From positions 133,547 to 197,546 of the forward strand of contig BOXE01000002.1 of the NCBI GenBank assembly GCA_019650635.1: DNA of 64,000 nucleotides, written 5' to 3'. A program made the translations under genes and the position numbers. The notes beneath the pieces are model-generated. The model did not search any database. It saw only the letters and a list, made by a program, of their open reading frames with translations, and was not told the origin of the DNA. Every line of letters begins with the position of its first letter. Position 1 is the first letter of the stretch. Shown one piece after another: positions 33,442 to 45,228 of this stretch. The DNA comes from Alphaproteobacteria bacterium. GTDB taxonomy: Bacteria > Pseudomonadota > Alphaproteobacteria > Methylaequorales > Methylaequoraceae.

Positions 33442-34577
33442 TTTTTATGAGTTTAAAAAATTGATCAAATAAATATCTGCTATCTTGAGGACCAGGAGAA
33501 GATTCTGGATGGTACTGAACTGAGAAAAAAGGTTTATTCTTTACTTCTATCCCTGCTATTGTGTTATCAAATAGTGATGTGTGAGTGATACTTAAATCAT
33601 CGGGGAAAGATTTCTTAGAGACAACGAAACCGTGGTTTTGGACGGTAATTTCAACTTTTTTGGTTTTAACATTTTTTATTGGATGGTTTGCTCCTCGATG
33701 TCCATGGTGCATTTTTTCTGTTTTAGCGTTATAAATTAATGAAAGAATTTGGTGTCCAAGACAGATTCCGAAAATAGGTTTGTTAAAATTTTTGATAGAA
33801 CATAAATTTTCTTTATTTTTTTTGAAGGTTGCTAAAGGATCTCCAGGACCATTTGAAAGAAACAAGCCTGCTGGTTTCATTTTAATAATCTCTTCTACAG
33901 AAAAGTTGTAAGGAAAAACTACTACATCATATTTAGAGGAGCTTAGAATATTTAAAATATTTTTTTTTATACCAAAGTCTATAACAGCAATAAAATTCTT
34001 ATGAATTTTAAAAGATCTTAATTTTTTTTGATTAAACCATTTGTATATATAACTTGTTGAAATCTTTGATGCTAGATCTAGATTCTTCATACTAGGAAAT
34101 TTCATTAATTTAGTTTTAAGATTTGTCATATTTTCAAAAAAAGCATTTTCAGGGAAATGAATTAATGCTTTGCACGCACCTAAATTTCTTATTCTTTTAG
34201 TGAGTGCTCTTGTGTCAATATTTGAAACACATACCTTTTTATTAAGTTTTAACCATTTTTCAAAATCCATTTTAGATCTAAAATTTGAAGCAGCTGATAC
34301 TGGATTGTTAATTATGCAACCTGAGGCATAAATCTTATCACTTTCATAATCTTCAAAATTCGCACCAACTACCCCAATATGTGGAAAAGTAAAGTTAATA
34401 ATTTGATTGAAATAAGATGGATCTGTCAATATTTCTTGATAGCCAGTAATTGAAGTATTAAAAGCAAATTTCACCTAAAAAATCTCCAAAACATCCTGAT
34501 CCAACACCTAAAAAATAAGAACCATCATCGAGAAGCAAAACACAATTTTTTCCATTTCTTTTGACACTATTTTTCAT
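33434..34577 (-). CDS. carA: carbamoyl-phosphate synthase small subunit (glutamine amidotransferase), N-terminal frameshift
   Basis: [17 protein letters not shown] and the GATase triad region ICLGHQ. The first about 34 aa ([30 protein letters not shown]...) lie in another frame, with the break at a T4 run near 34470. Confidence 0.9.
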
Positions 34578-34651
34578 TTGTTCAATAATATACTTTGATA
34601 TTATTAAATTCCAACAATTACATAGTAATATTGAATTTTTATTTGTTAATT

Positions 34652-35116
34652 ATGCAATCATTGAGAGAAAAAATAAAGCTAACTCTTGATCAAAACTTAA
34701 AAAGTAGAGATGAAATAGCTACATCAACTGTAAGATTAATTTTAGCAGCTATAAAAGATCATGACATCCAATATAGAACTAAAAAGAAGGGTGATTCAAT
34801 CTCCGATGAAGAAATATTAAATCTTCTTCTAAATATGATCAAACAAAGGAAAGAAAGTGTTAAAATTTATTCCGAGGCTGGAAGAGATGATTTAAAAAAA
34901 AGAGAAGAAAAAGAAATTGAAATTATAAACTCATTTCTTCCTCTTCAAATCACATCTAATGAACTTGATAATATTTTACGTGAAACTATTAAAGAGCATG
35001 GGTTCAATTCTATTAAAGACTTAGGAAAGCTTTTAGGCTTCTTAAAAAGTAAATACCCAGGGCAGTTAGATATGCAGACAGTTGCTGAGAAAGCAAAAAC
35101 AATCTTCAATGATTAA
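34652..35116 (+). CDS. GatB/YqeY-domain protein
   Basis: About 155 aa, MQSLREKIKLTLDQNLKSRDEIATSTVRLILAAIKD... of the YqeY family. It lies in the conserved carA–yqeY–dnaG–rpoD neighbourhood. Confidence 0.75.
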   Translation: MQSLREKIKLTLDQNLKSRDEIATSTVRLILAAIKDHDIQYRTKKKGDSISDEEILNLLLNMIKQRKESVKIYSEAGRDDLKKREEKEIEIINSFLPLQITSNELDNILRETIKEHGFNSIKDLGKLLGFLKSKYPGQLDMQTVAEKAKTIFND

Positions 35117-36868
35117 AAATAACAATTCTGTAAATCAATTTTTAAACGAGGTTAATAATAAAGTAAGATTATCTGATTTTATTGGTCAGTTTGTTAATTT
35201 AGTGGAAAGAGGAAATTCATTTGTTGGTAATTGTCCATTTCATAATGAAAAAACTCCTTCATTCAATGTAAATAACGAAAAATCTCTATTTCATTGTTTC
35301 GGCTGTAAAGCTGGTGGAAATATAATAAATTTTATAAGTAAATATAAAAACTTACAATTTTTAGAATCACTTATTTATATTTCACAATATTCTGGTATTC
35401 CTTATGTTTATGATCAGAGAAAAAGTAAATCCAATTCAGAAGCAAAACTTCTTACAAATATTCTAAATAAAAGTAATAATTTATTTAAAGAATTACTAAA
35501 AAAGAAAACAATTGCCTACAAATATATTAAAGAAAGGGGAGTTATTGATGAGGCTTAAAAATTTTTAACATTGGTTTTGCACCAGATCATAATAATTTAT
35601 TAAAATATTTGGAGTTAGAGGGTTTTGGTTTTGATGAAATAAAGAAAACTGATCTTTTAATTAAAAATAACAAAGGAGAATACTTTGGAAGATTTAGCAA
35701 ACGCATAACTTTTCCTATACATAATTTCTCAAATGATATTGTGGGTTTTGGTGCGAGAACTATTCAAAATTCAAAGATTAAATATATAAACTCACAGGAA
35801 AGTTTAGTCTTCAAAAAAAGTCAATTACTTTATGGTCTCAAAGAAAATTTAGAAAATATAAGGTCAGAAAAAGAAATATTCTTAGTTGAAGGTTATATGG
35901 ATGTTATAAAAATGTATAGTTCTGGAATTAAAAATGCAGTTTCAACTCTAGGAACAACATTATCTGAAATGCAATTAAAAAAAATGTGGAACTATTCAGA
36001 TATACCTTACGTTTGTTTTGATGGAGACGATGCAGGACAGAATGCTACAAAGAAAATAGCAGAAAAAGTTCTAAAGTTTTTGGTTCCTGGAAAGTCATTA
36101 AGGTTTATTTTAATTCCTGAAAATTTAGACCCCGACTCTTTTCTTCGAAATAAAAAAAAAGACGATTTTCTTGCTTTAAAAAATAAAGCTAAAGATCTTT
36201 CAGTAATAATTTGGGAAAGTATAGTCAATTCTGTCAAAAACAACACACCAGAGTCTATTGCTTTAATTGATAACAAAATAAATGACATTGTTAAGAAAAT
36301 TGATGATGTAAAAGTTTCAAAGGAATATTTTAGATTCTTAAAATCTCAAAAAGAGAGCTTTATTTGGAATAGCAATAAAATCAAAACTATTTCGCCTCGA
36401 AAATCTAATTCAAATAAAATTATAGAAAATATAAACGAAAAACTATTTTTAGTAATGATAATTTTTTACAAAAACTACCTTACAGATTACCATGAAGAGA
36501 TTTTCCAAATAAAATTATCCAATGGAATCCTCGAAGTGGTCAAAACAGAAGTTCTAAAGAATTATGACGCAGAGTCTAAATATATTCATGAAGAGGAAAA
36601 TAAGTATAAAAGTTTGACTCCAAATTTGTTAAGTGAAATTAAAGAACTTAAAAAAACACATGCTGCTAGTTTAAATGAAGAAGAAAAAAAAGTATTTTTC
36701 AGACAAATTCTTAACAACTTAAGGTTACCTAATCTTTTAGAGGAAAGAAAGTTTATTGAAAAACAGATTATTGAATCTTCCGAAAAATTAATATCTGAAA
36801 ACTTGTTAAACAAATACAATAAAATTTCATCCGAAATTAAGAACATACAAAATAAAAGACTTGAATAA
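35109..36868 (+). CDS. dnaG: DNA primase, frameshifted between zinc-binding and TOPRIM domains
   Basis: Zn ribbon [11 protein letters not shown]...CFGCKAGGN, then in a shifted frame [12 protein letters not shown]...., TOPRIM (EGYMDV, DGDDAGQ) and a C-terminal helicase-interaction region. Indels occur around 35545-35600. Confidence 0.9.
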
Positions 36869-36912
36869 TATTCATCCACAGTTCATGTATTAATTGTAAA
36901 AGAATATTTCGC

Positions 36913-38862
36913 ATGAACAAAAAAATATCTACCTCGAAGAAAGACGATTCAGAAGAACCATTAATCGATCAGTCTAGCGAAGGTCTTAAAAAATTAATTT
37001 TGAAAGGTAAGAAAAAAGGTTTCTTACATCGCTCTGAATGCGAAAAAGCGCTTGAAAATGAAAAGTTCGACGACAAAGAGGAATTTTATTCAAAAGTCGA
37101 AAGCCTTAATATTCAAATATACGATGAGGATAGTGAAGAAACTTCCAATGAAGAAAATGAAGCAGGAATAGTTGCAACTGAAAAGGATGAGGATAGTGGA
37201 AGAACTGACGATCCTGTCAGAATGTACTTAAAAGAAATGGGTAATGTTGAGCTTTTGTCAAGAGTTGGAGAAATAGCCATTGCAAAGAGAATAGAGGAGG
37301 GTAAAAAGAAAACAGCTGATGCTTTTTCAAAAAGTATAATCTCAATGATGTCAATTCAGAAATATTTTGAAGATTATGAAGTTGGAGAACGTCAGATAAG
37401 AGACTTCATTGACCTTGATACTACTTTTAGGTCTGTAAATGGCGAACAAGAAGAATTCGATGCTGATATCCCAATTAAAGACGAGCAAATTTTCAATAAT
37501 AATAATGATGATGATCAAGGTGATGAGGAAGAGAAAACAAATGAGGAAGATCAAGAAGATTTTGATTCTGAGGCATCCGATGACAACAACGAGTTATCTG
37601 ACTTGTCAATTTTGGAAAAGGAAGAAAATCTCAAGCCCCATATTACTTCAAACCTAGAAAAGTTTTCAAAACTATTTAAAAAGTATAAGAAATTAAAAGA
37701 AGAGTATATCAATTTAAGAATTTTAAATAAGAAAATTGATATCAAATTGGAAAAAAAAATTAAATCTGCAGAAAAATCAGTTTCTGAGCAGGTTATGAAT
37801 ATTTTTATAAACCAAAATAGAATTGACGATGTAATAGAAACACATAGAATGTATAACATTCAAATTGTTGCTGGAGAGAGAAAATTATCAGATATTGCGT
37901 TGAAGCTTAAGATATCAAATGATGAGTTTGACAAAGAATATAGTAAAAATGGTCAGTATAAAAATTGGCTCAGAAATCTAACCAAAAAAAATAATAAAAA
38001 ATGGGTATCTTTCGCAAAAAAAGAACTAACCCAAGAAATCATTTCAAAATTTAAAGAGATAATGCTCTCTACGTTGATGACAATTAAAGAAATAAAAGAA
38101 GTCTCGAGTCTTGCCAATGAGGGAGTAATCCAATCAAGTAAGGCAAAAAAGGAAATGATTGAAGCAAACTTAAGATTAGTGATTTCTATAGCAAAAAAAT
38201 ATACTAACAGAGGGCTTCAATTTCTTGATTTAATTCAAGAGGGAAATATTGGCCTAATGAAGGCAGTAGATAAGTTTGAGTATAAAAGAGGTTACAAATT
38301 TTCAACCTATGCGACTTGGTGGATTAGACAAGCAATAACACGATCTATTGCTGACCAAGCTAGAACTATTAGAATTCCAGTTCACATGATAGAAACAATA
38401 AGTAAATTAGTGAGAGTATCTAGACAAATTCTTAATGAAAACGGAGTAGAACCTCAACCAGAAGAACTCGCTTCAAGACTAGGGATGCCGTTAGAAAAGG
38501 TTAGAAAAGTTTTGAAAATAGCAAAAGAACCGATAAGCCTAGAAACCCCTGTTGGAGACGAAGATGACAGCCACTTAGGTGATTTTATTGAAGATAAAAA
38601 CATTAAACTGCCATTAGACGCTGCAATACAAAATAACCTCAGAGAGGCTACAACTGGTGTTCTTTCCACATTGACACCCAGAGAAGAGAGAGTTTTAAGG
38701 ATGAGATTTGGAATTGGTATGAATACAGACCATACTTTAGAGGAGGTTGGTCAACAATTTTCAGTTACAAGAGAAAGAATTAGGCAAATAGAAGCAAAAG
38801 GTTTAAGAAAGCTTAAACATCCAAGTAGATCTAGAAAATTAAGAAGTTTTCTTGATAACTAA
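36913..38862 (+). CDS. rpoD: RNA polymerase sigma-70 factor RpoD
   Basis: 649 aa with region 1.1, an acidic non-conserved insert, region 2 ([19 protein letters not shown]..., [12 protein letters not shown]), region 3 and the region-4 HTH. Confidence 0.95.
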   Translation: MNKKISTSKKDDSEEPLIDQSSEGLKKLILKGKKKGFLHRSECEKALENEKFDDKEEFYSKVESLNIQIYDEDSEETSNEENEAGIVATEKDEDSGRTDDPVRMYLKEMGNVELLSRVGEIAIAKRIEEGKKKTADAFSKSIISMMSIQKYFEDYEVGERQIRDFIDLDTTFRSVNGEQEEFDADIPIKDEQIFNNNNDDDQGDEEEKTNEEDQEDFDSEASDDNNELSDLSILEKEENLKPHITSNLEKFSKLFKKYKKLKEEYINLRILNKKIDIKLEKKIKSAEKSVSEQVMNIFINQNRIDDVIETHRMYNIQIVAGERKLSDIALKLKISNDEFDKEYSKNGQYKNWLRNLTKKNNKKWVSFAKKELTQEIISKFKEIMLSTLMTIKEIKEVSSLANEGVIQSSKAKKEMIEANLRLVISIAKKYTNRGLQFLDLIQEGNIGLMKAVDKFEYKRGYKFSTYATWWIRQAITRSIADQARTIRIPVHMIETISKLVRVSRQILNENGVEPQPEELASRLGMPLEKVRKVLKIAKEPISLETPVGDEDDSHLGDFIEDKNIKLPLDAAIQNNLREATTGVLSTLTPREERVLRMRFGIGMNTDHTLEEVGQQFSVTRERIRQIEAKGLRKLKHPSRSRKLRSFLDN

Positions 38863-38896
38863 AAAGTCAAGTAATATCATAATAATACTTTAATTG

Positions 38897-38973
38897 TAGG
38901 CCCGTAGTTCAGTTGGTTAGAACGCACCGCTCATAACGGTGTTGTCGGGGGTTCAAGTCCCTCCGGGCCTACC
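38897..38973 (+). tRNA. tRNA with anticodon CAT (elongator tRNA-Met or lysidine-modified tRNA-Ile2); CCA encoded
   Basis: A 77-nt cloverleaf. The acceptor AGGCCCG/CGGGCCT is fully paired, the D-stem is GTTC/GAAC, the anticodon stem-loop is CACCG-CTCATAA-CGGTG, the T-arm is GGGGG-TTCAAGT-CCCTC and the end is A-CCA. C4:G69 and C5:G68, plus the position right after rpoD (as ileX in E. coli), favour tRNA-Ile2. Confidence 0.9.
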
Positions 38974-39020
38974 ACATAAAATAAATATTGTTATTAAATT
39001 CAAATATATGTATATATTAT

Positions 39021-39614
39021 TTACCCTGAAGTTTTTTTCTTCATTGCTTCAATTAGCCCGATAACGCCTTTAGGGTTGTTTTTGATGACAGACATGAATT
39101 CTGCTCTTTGAGTAACTAACATACTCACGCCATCTATATTGACATCCAGAATCTTAAAATCCTTATTTTTATCTAAATATATCTTCCACATAAATTTAAG
39201 AGTAGGACCATCTTTATTTAAAACATTCATTTTTACATTATAATAATTGTTTTCTAGTAGTGAATCAGTGGCCTTAAAGGTTCCCTCCCACCCTTTAAAT
39301 TTTGGAGCGTAAGTAGTTACTATATAATCATTGAAACTTTCAACAAACTGTTTTCTCATGTTACTATCTAATCTTTTCCAATACTGACCTAAAACAAAAC
39401 GAGAAATATAATAATTATCAAATGAGTCTAAATAAAGATTTCTAAAATTAACAATTCTCTCGCTTTCAGATAAGTTAACATTTGAAACTTTTTCAACTAC
39501 TTGTTTTCCTAAATTTTCAACAAAATATTTGCTTTGTTCTATCTTTTCGTCTGAAAAGGAATGGATCGGAATAAAAAAAAGAGCGAGAATTAAAAAGTTT
39601 CTAAAATAACTCAT
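39021..39614 (-). CDS. mlaC: phospholipid-binding periplasmic protein MlaC (toluene-tolerance Ttg2D family)
   Basis: Signal peptide, then the Ttg2D-like VLGQYWKRL...FVESF...YAPKF pattern; 197 aa. Confidence 0.75.
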   Translation of the reverse strand: MSYFRNFLILALFFIPIHSFSDEKIEQSKYFVENLGKQVVEKVSNVNLSESERIVNFRNLYLDSFDNYYISRFVLGQYWKRLDSNMRKQFVESFNDYIVTTYAPKFKGWEGTFKATDSLLENNYYNVKMNVLNKDGPTLKFMWKIYLDKNKDFKILDVNIDGVSMLVTQRAEFMSVIKNNPKGVIGLIEAMKKKTSG

Positions 39615-39753
39615 AATTTACTCTATCAGATTTACTCTCGATTCATTGAAGGCAGGATAGTTTGATGATGGAAGGACTCCATTATAATATCTGGTCATTT
39701 CTGATTTGATTTCAGAATCATCATCTTTCATTGTAGTAACAATATTTTTGACA

Positions 39754-40542
39754 TCAGATTTCTAATTCTTCGTCTTCATATGCTTCAATTGGAAGCATGC
39801 TTAGAGAAAGATCTTTGCTCTCAAGCTCTCCTGAAATATCTTTTCTTCTTTTTTGTCTGTATAGACTCCTCATTGTAGCATAGAAGTCCAAAGAACCCTC
39901 TTTCATCTCCTCAAGATAATCAAGGTATTTCTCTCTTGTAGATACACCCCTCACAACTGGACCAGACAAGCGTGCCTCTAAACCTATTCCTTTCATTCTG
40001 TATCCAAAAGACAGAGGGTTGGTTATTGTATCAACTCCTAGTCCAAAAGCGTCTCTGACGCTTGAAGGTCCAAAAATTGGGAGCATTACATATGGACCAT
40101 CAGGAACTCCCCAGACTGCCAATGTTTGACCAAAATCTTCTTCTACTTCTGTTATGTTCCCGAAAGCATCAGTACTAGCTACGTCAAACAACCCTCCAAG
40201 ACCAAAAGTCATATTTATTAAGAATCTTCCGATAATATTCCCAATGCTTTGTTTATTTAATTGTAAAATAGCATTTGCTAAGCTAATCGGTGTTTTGGCA
40301 GTAGTTGCAAGATTAGTAAGTGGTTTTCTAGGTATATCAGGAATTTTTCTCCAACCTTTGGCCACAGGTTTAAAAAAATAGTCGTCCAAGTTATTGTTAA
40401 ATTTAAAAATATTCCTGTTAACATTCTCAAATGGGTCGTTTACATTCTCTACAGCTTCTGCATTTTTGACATTAAGAGAGATGAGTGCTGAAACTACAAT
40501 GATTAACAAAATCTTGTTATATTTTAAAATTATACCTACCAT
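39754..40542 (-). CDS. mlaA: MlaA/VacJ-family outer-membrane lipoprotein
   Basis: VacJ motifs PFENVNRNIFKFN...FGQTLAVWGVPDGPY. It has a signal peptide and lies next to mlaC. Confidence 0.8.
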   Translation of the reverse strand: MVGIILKYNKILLIIVVSALISLNVKNAEAVENVNDPFENVNRNIFKFNNNLDDYFFKPVAKGWRKIPDIPRKPLTNLATTAKTPISLANAILQLNKQSIGNIIGRFLINMTFGLGGLFDVASTDAFGNITEVEEDFGQTLAVWGVPDGPYVMLPIFGPSSVRDAFGLGVDTITNPLSFGYRMKGIGLEARLSGPVVRGVSTREKYLDYLEEMKEGSLDFYATMRSLYRQKRRKDISGELESKDLSLSMLPIEAYEDEELEI

Positions 40543-40645
40543 ATATTGAACATTAATTATTTTCTATTAATTTAAACCATTTTATATTAAAAAAATAAAC
40601 TAAAAAACATAAAAATAAAATTTTTTATTCTTTGCATAAATTAAA

Positions 40646-41516
40646 ATGATTTCAAATACAATATTGTCAAAAAATATAAACGTATCCTTTGAATTTTTTC
40701 CCCCAAAAAACAAAGAATCAATAGAGTCTTTATGGGTTAATATAAAGAGATTGGAGCCCTTAGAGCCAAAGTTTATTTCTGTTACATATGGTGCAGGAGG
40801 TTCCACTAGAAATAATACTCATAGCTTAGTAAAAGAAATTAAACAGAAGACTTCGCTAACACCTGCGGCTCATTTGACATGTATAGGAACTTCAAAGGCT
40901 GAAATTGAGAGCATAGCAGAAGACTATTGGAACTCTGGAATTAAACATATTGTTGCTCTAAGAGGAGACGAAAGAGAAAATAAAACAAAAAATAAATTTA
41001 GCGACTTTACCTATGCAACCGATTTAATAAAAGTATTGAAAAAAAAATTTGATTTTGAAATTACAGTTTCAGCTTACCCTGAGATGCATCCAGATTCTTC
41101 ATCTATTGACCAAGAGTATGATGTTTTAAAAAAAAAAGATTGATTTGGGAGCTTCAAAAGCAATTACTCAATTCTTTTTTGATGTAAATAGTTATTTTGA
41201 TTTTATTGATGGTGCAATAAAAAGAGGAATAAACATTCCAATTATTCCCGGCATATTACCTGTGACTAATTGTAAAAGAACAATGGAATTTGCAAAAAAA
41301 ATGAATTGTAAAATGCCTAAATCGTTATTGGACATGTTTGTCGGTCTTGATTCTGATCCGCAAACACGAAAACTAGTTGCAACTACAATTGTATATGAAC
41401 AATGCAGAAAACTTCTTGATGGAGAGGTAAAAGATTTTCATTTTTACACATTAAACAGAGCTGATTTATCATTTGCCATATGTCATATTTTGGGTATCAG
41501 AACTCTGAAGGATTAA
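40646..41516 (+). CDS. metF: 5,10-methylenetetrahydrofolate reductase, frameshift at A10 run
   Basis: N-terminal SFEFFPP...VTYGAGGSTR...AAHLTCIG (40646..41143) and C-terminal AITQFFFD...IPIIPGILPV (41145..41516). The frame changes at A10, 41128-41137. Confidence 0.88.
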
Positions 41517-41521
41517 AATTG

Positions 41522-44500
41522 ATGAAAAGTATTGACGAAATTATAAATGTTTTAAATAAAAAAATCTTAATTCTTGATGGTGCTTTAGGTACAATGATTC
41601 AGAATGAAGAATTAAAAGAAAAGGATTTTAGAGCTGAAAGATTTAATAATCATGATGTTAACCTTTTTGGAAATAACGACATATTAAATTTGACTAAGCC
41701 TGGACTGATATATGATATTCATAAGTTGTATCTTGATGCTGGAGCAGACATTATTGAAACAAATACTTTTAATTCAACAGGAATCTCTCAGGAAGATTAC
41801 AAATGTCAAGATTTAGCATATGAATTAAACTTTCAGGGTGGAAATTTAGCAAGAAAAGCCGTTGATGATTTTCTTAAAAATAATCCAAATGAAGATAAAT
41901 TTGTTGCAGGCGTTTTAGGACCTACAAATAGAACATGTTCTATGTCTCCAGATGTTAACGATCCAGGATTCAGAAATATAAATTTTGATAATTTATTTAG
42001 TGATTATGAGAATTGTATCAGTGCATTGATTGAAGCAAAGGTGGATATAATTTTAGTTGAGACAGTTTTTGATACCTTAAATTCAAAAGCTGCACTTTCA
42101 GCTATAAAAAGTGTTGAGCAATCAAATAATATTAAAATTCCCATCATGATTTCTGCCACTATAACTGATTTATCCGGAAGAACACTGTCGGGACAAACGG
42201 TTGAAGGTTTCTATAATTCAATAATCCATTCTAATCCATTAAGTGTAGGATTAAATTGTGCTCTTGGGCCAAAAGAATTAGAACCTTATCTAATAGAACT
42301 TAATAGGATTTCAGAGGTATATACAAGTATTCATCCAAATGCTGGTTTACCAAACGCTTTTGGTGGATATGATGAAACACCAGATTCCATTGCAAAATTT
42401 GCTAAAGAATGGAGCGATAGTAACTATATAAATATTATTGGTGGTTGTTGTGGAACAACTCCTGAACATATAAAATTAATGAGTAAAGTCGTAATGAACA
42501 AAAAACCTAGGGTATTAAAAAAGAAATCTGACAATCTCCGCCTATCGGGTTTAGAAGCCTTTAATTTATAAAAATGAGCTCCAACCCGACATTTATTAAT
42601 ATTGGCGAAAGAACAAATGTTACTGGTTCAGCAAAGTTTAAAAAACTGATTCTATCAAATAATTTTGATCAAGCTATTGAAGTTGCAAAAGAACAAATTG
42701 AGAACGGTGCTCAAATCATTGATATAAATATGGACGAGGGTTTATTGGATTCAGAGAAAGCTATGGTCAAGTTTTTGAATCAAATTTCCGTTGAACCTGC
42801 AATAGCAAAGGTTCCATTTATGATAGATTCATCAAAATGGTCAGTTATAGAAGCCGGTTTGAAATGTATTCAAGGCAAACCTATTGTTAATTCAATAAGT
42901 TTAAAGGAAGGCGAAGATATTTTTATTGAACAAGCTGAGAAAATCAAAACTTATGGAGCTGCTGTTGTTGTTATGGCATTTGATGAAGATGGTCAAGCCG
43001 ATAACAAAGAAAGAAAATATCAAATTTCAAAAAGAGCTTATCAAATCTTGACTCAGAAATTAGATTTTCCTCCTCAAGATATTATATTCGATCCCAATAT
43101 ATTTGCTGTTGCCACTGGAATTGAAGAACACAATAATTACGCATTAGATTTCTTTGAAGCAACTAAACTTATAAAAAATAATTTACCATTAGCCAAGGTT
43201 TCTGGTGGACTTTCTAATGTTTCTTTTAGTTTTAGAGGAAATAATCAGGTTAGAGAGGCGATGCACTCGTGTTTTCTTTATCATGCAATAAAATATGGAC
43301 TAGATATGGCAATTGTTAACGCTGGGCAAATTACAATCTACGAACAAATACCTAAAGATCTTAAGAAGTGTATAGAAGATGTGTTGTTTAATAAACATCT
43401 TGATGCAACTGAAAATTTAATTGAGATCTCAAAAAAATATTCAGGTAGTGTAGAGAGAAAGAAAGTTGACAAAAAATGGAGAACTAAAAAATTAGAAAAA
43501 AAGATAGAATATGCACTGGTAAATGGCATCAACGAGTTTATAGAAGAGGACACTGAAAAATTAAGACAACAATATAATAAACCATTGGAAATCATCGAAG
43601 GCCCACTCATGGATGGAATGAATGTTGTTGGTGATTTATTTGGATCCGGAAAAATGTTTTTACCGCAAGTTGTAAAATCTGCGAGAGTAATGAAACAGTC
43701 GGTAGCTTACTTACTACCATTCATGGAAAAAGATAATACATCAAAAAAAAGTTCTAAAGGTAAAATACTTTTGGCAACTGTAAAGGGAGACGTTCATGAT
43801 ATTGGTAAAAATATAGTTGGTGTAGTATTACAATGTAATAATTTCGAAATTATTGATTTGGGAGTTATGGTTCCAGCTAGTAAAATTGTTGAAACTGCAA
43901 TAGAGGAGAATGTTGATTTAATTGGATTATCAGGTCTCATAACCCCAAGTTTAGACGAGATGTGCTTTGTTGCCAGTGAATTAGAGAGAAATAAAATTAA
44001 TAAACCTCTATTAATAGGTGGGGCTACTACGAGTAAAATTCACACAGCCATAAAAATAGATCCTTTATACAATTTTGGCGTATGTCACGTTAATGACGCT
44101 TCAAAAGCAGTTTCAGTAGCAACAAATATGATTTCTAAAAGTAAATGTAGACCGTTTGTTGAATCATTAAAAAAGGAATATTCAGTTCTTCGTTCTGGTT
44201 ATTTTAAAAAGGACAAGATGAATGATAACAATCTTGAAGAATGTAGAAAAAATAAATTTAATTTTCAATGGGATAATTACGAACCAGTTAAGCCAAAGAA
44301 AATTGGTGTGCAAACTCAAGAAGACGTTTCTATCGAACAAATAATGAAATTTGCAGACTGGAAACCTTTTTTTGAAGCTTGGGAACTTTATGGAAATTTT
44401 CCTGATATTCTAAATGATAAGATTGTTGGAAAAGCAGCTCGAGATCTTTGGGATGATGCAAATAAAATGATTGAAATGTTAATTAAAGAAAAAATAACGA

Positions 44501-45207
44501 AACCTAAATGTGTTTTTGGTTTTTGGCCAGCTAATTCAGATGGTGATGATATTCTTTTATTTGATTCTGAAAGAAGAGAGAAAGTAAAAACAAAATTATT
44601 TTTTTTACGACAACAAGTTAGTAGAAAAAATTCAAAAAGAGCTAATTTCTGTCTCGCAGATTTCGTTGCACCAGTTGGAACTAAAAATGATTTTATTGGA
44701 GGGTTTTTAGTCACAGCTGGAAGCGGCATTGAAACTTTAGCTTCAAAATTTGAAAAGAAAAATGATGATTATAACTCAATTTTAGTTAAATCAATTGGTG
44801 ATAGAATCGCTGAAGCATTTGCAGAAATGTTACACAAAGATGTAAGAACAAACTTTTGGGGTTACGCACAAAAAGAAGATTTAACTAACAAAGAATTAAT
44901 TCAAGAAAAGTTTGAAGGAATTAGACCTGCACCAGGTTATCCTGCATGCCCTGATCATACAGAAAAGAAGACCTTATTTGAACTGTTAGACGTATCGAGT
45001 AATTTAAAAGTAAAATTGACTGAGAGCTTTGCAATGAGCCCGGCTAGTTCAGTTTCTGGATTGTATTTTGCAAACCCACAAGCAAGTTATTTTGGTGTTG
45101 GTAAAATTTTCAAAGACCAAGTAGAAGACTATGCAAAAAGAAAAAAAATCAGTTTAAGTGATGCTGAAAAGTGGTTGGGTTCAAATCTAGGATATGCTCC
45201 TAACTAA
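41522..45207 (+). CDS. metH: cobalamin-dependent methionine synthase, one frameshift at the Hcy-domain/pterin-domain linker
   Basis: Hcy-binding domain ([11 protein letters not shown]) in 41480..42571. The remaining domains lie in 42574..45207: pterin-binding ([12 protein letters not shown]), the B12 cap and B12-binding ([10 protein letters not shown]), and the AdoMet activation domain. The linker reads GLEAFN(F)IKMSS if one T is restored at 42565-42567. Confidence 0.92.
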
Positions 45208-45228
45208 GAGGATTAATCTTTTTATCTT

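Noticed and set aside
40543-40645. Possible SAM-II/SAM-V riboswitch upstream of metF-metH
   Set aside because: The 103-bp leader is almost pure A/T and lacks the conserved GC-containing pseudoknot elements of SAM-II/SAM-V. This cannot be supported by eye. A covariance-model search (Infernal/Rfam) would be needed.
40600-40806. 68-aa minus-strand ORF overlapping the metF start
   Set aside because: It overlaps the conserved MetF N-terminus on the opposite strand and has no family signal. It is probably spurious.
41480-45207. metH as a naturally split two-gene system (separate Hcy-binding subunit)
   Set aside because: The break falls inside the conserved Hcy-domain/pterin-domain linker. A single T restoration in a T3 run (42565-42567) joins both halves in frame with appropriate linker length. 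Given the window-wide homopolymer problem, a split gene is the less likely reading.
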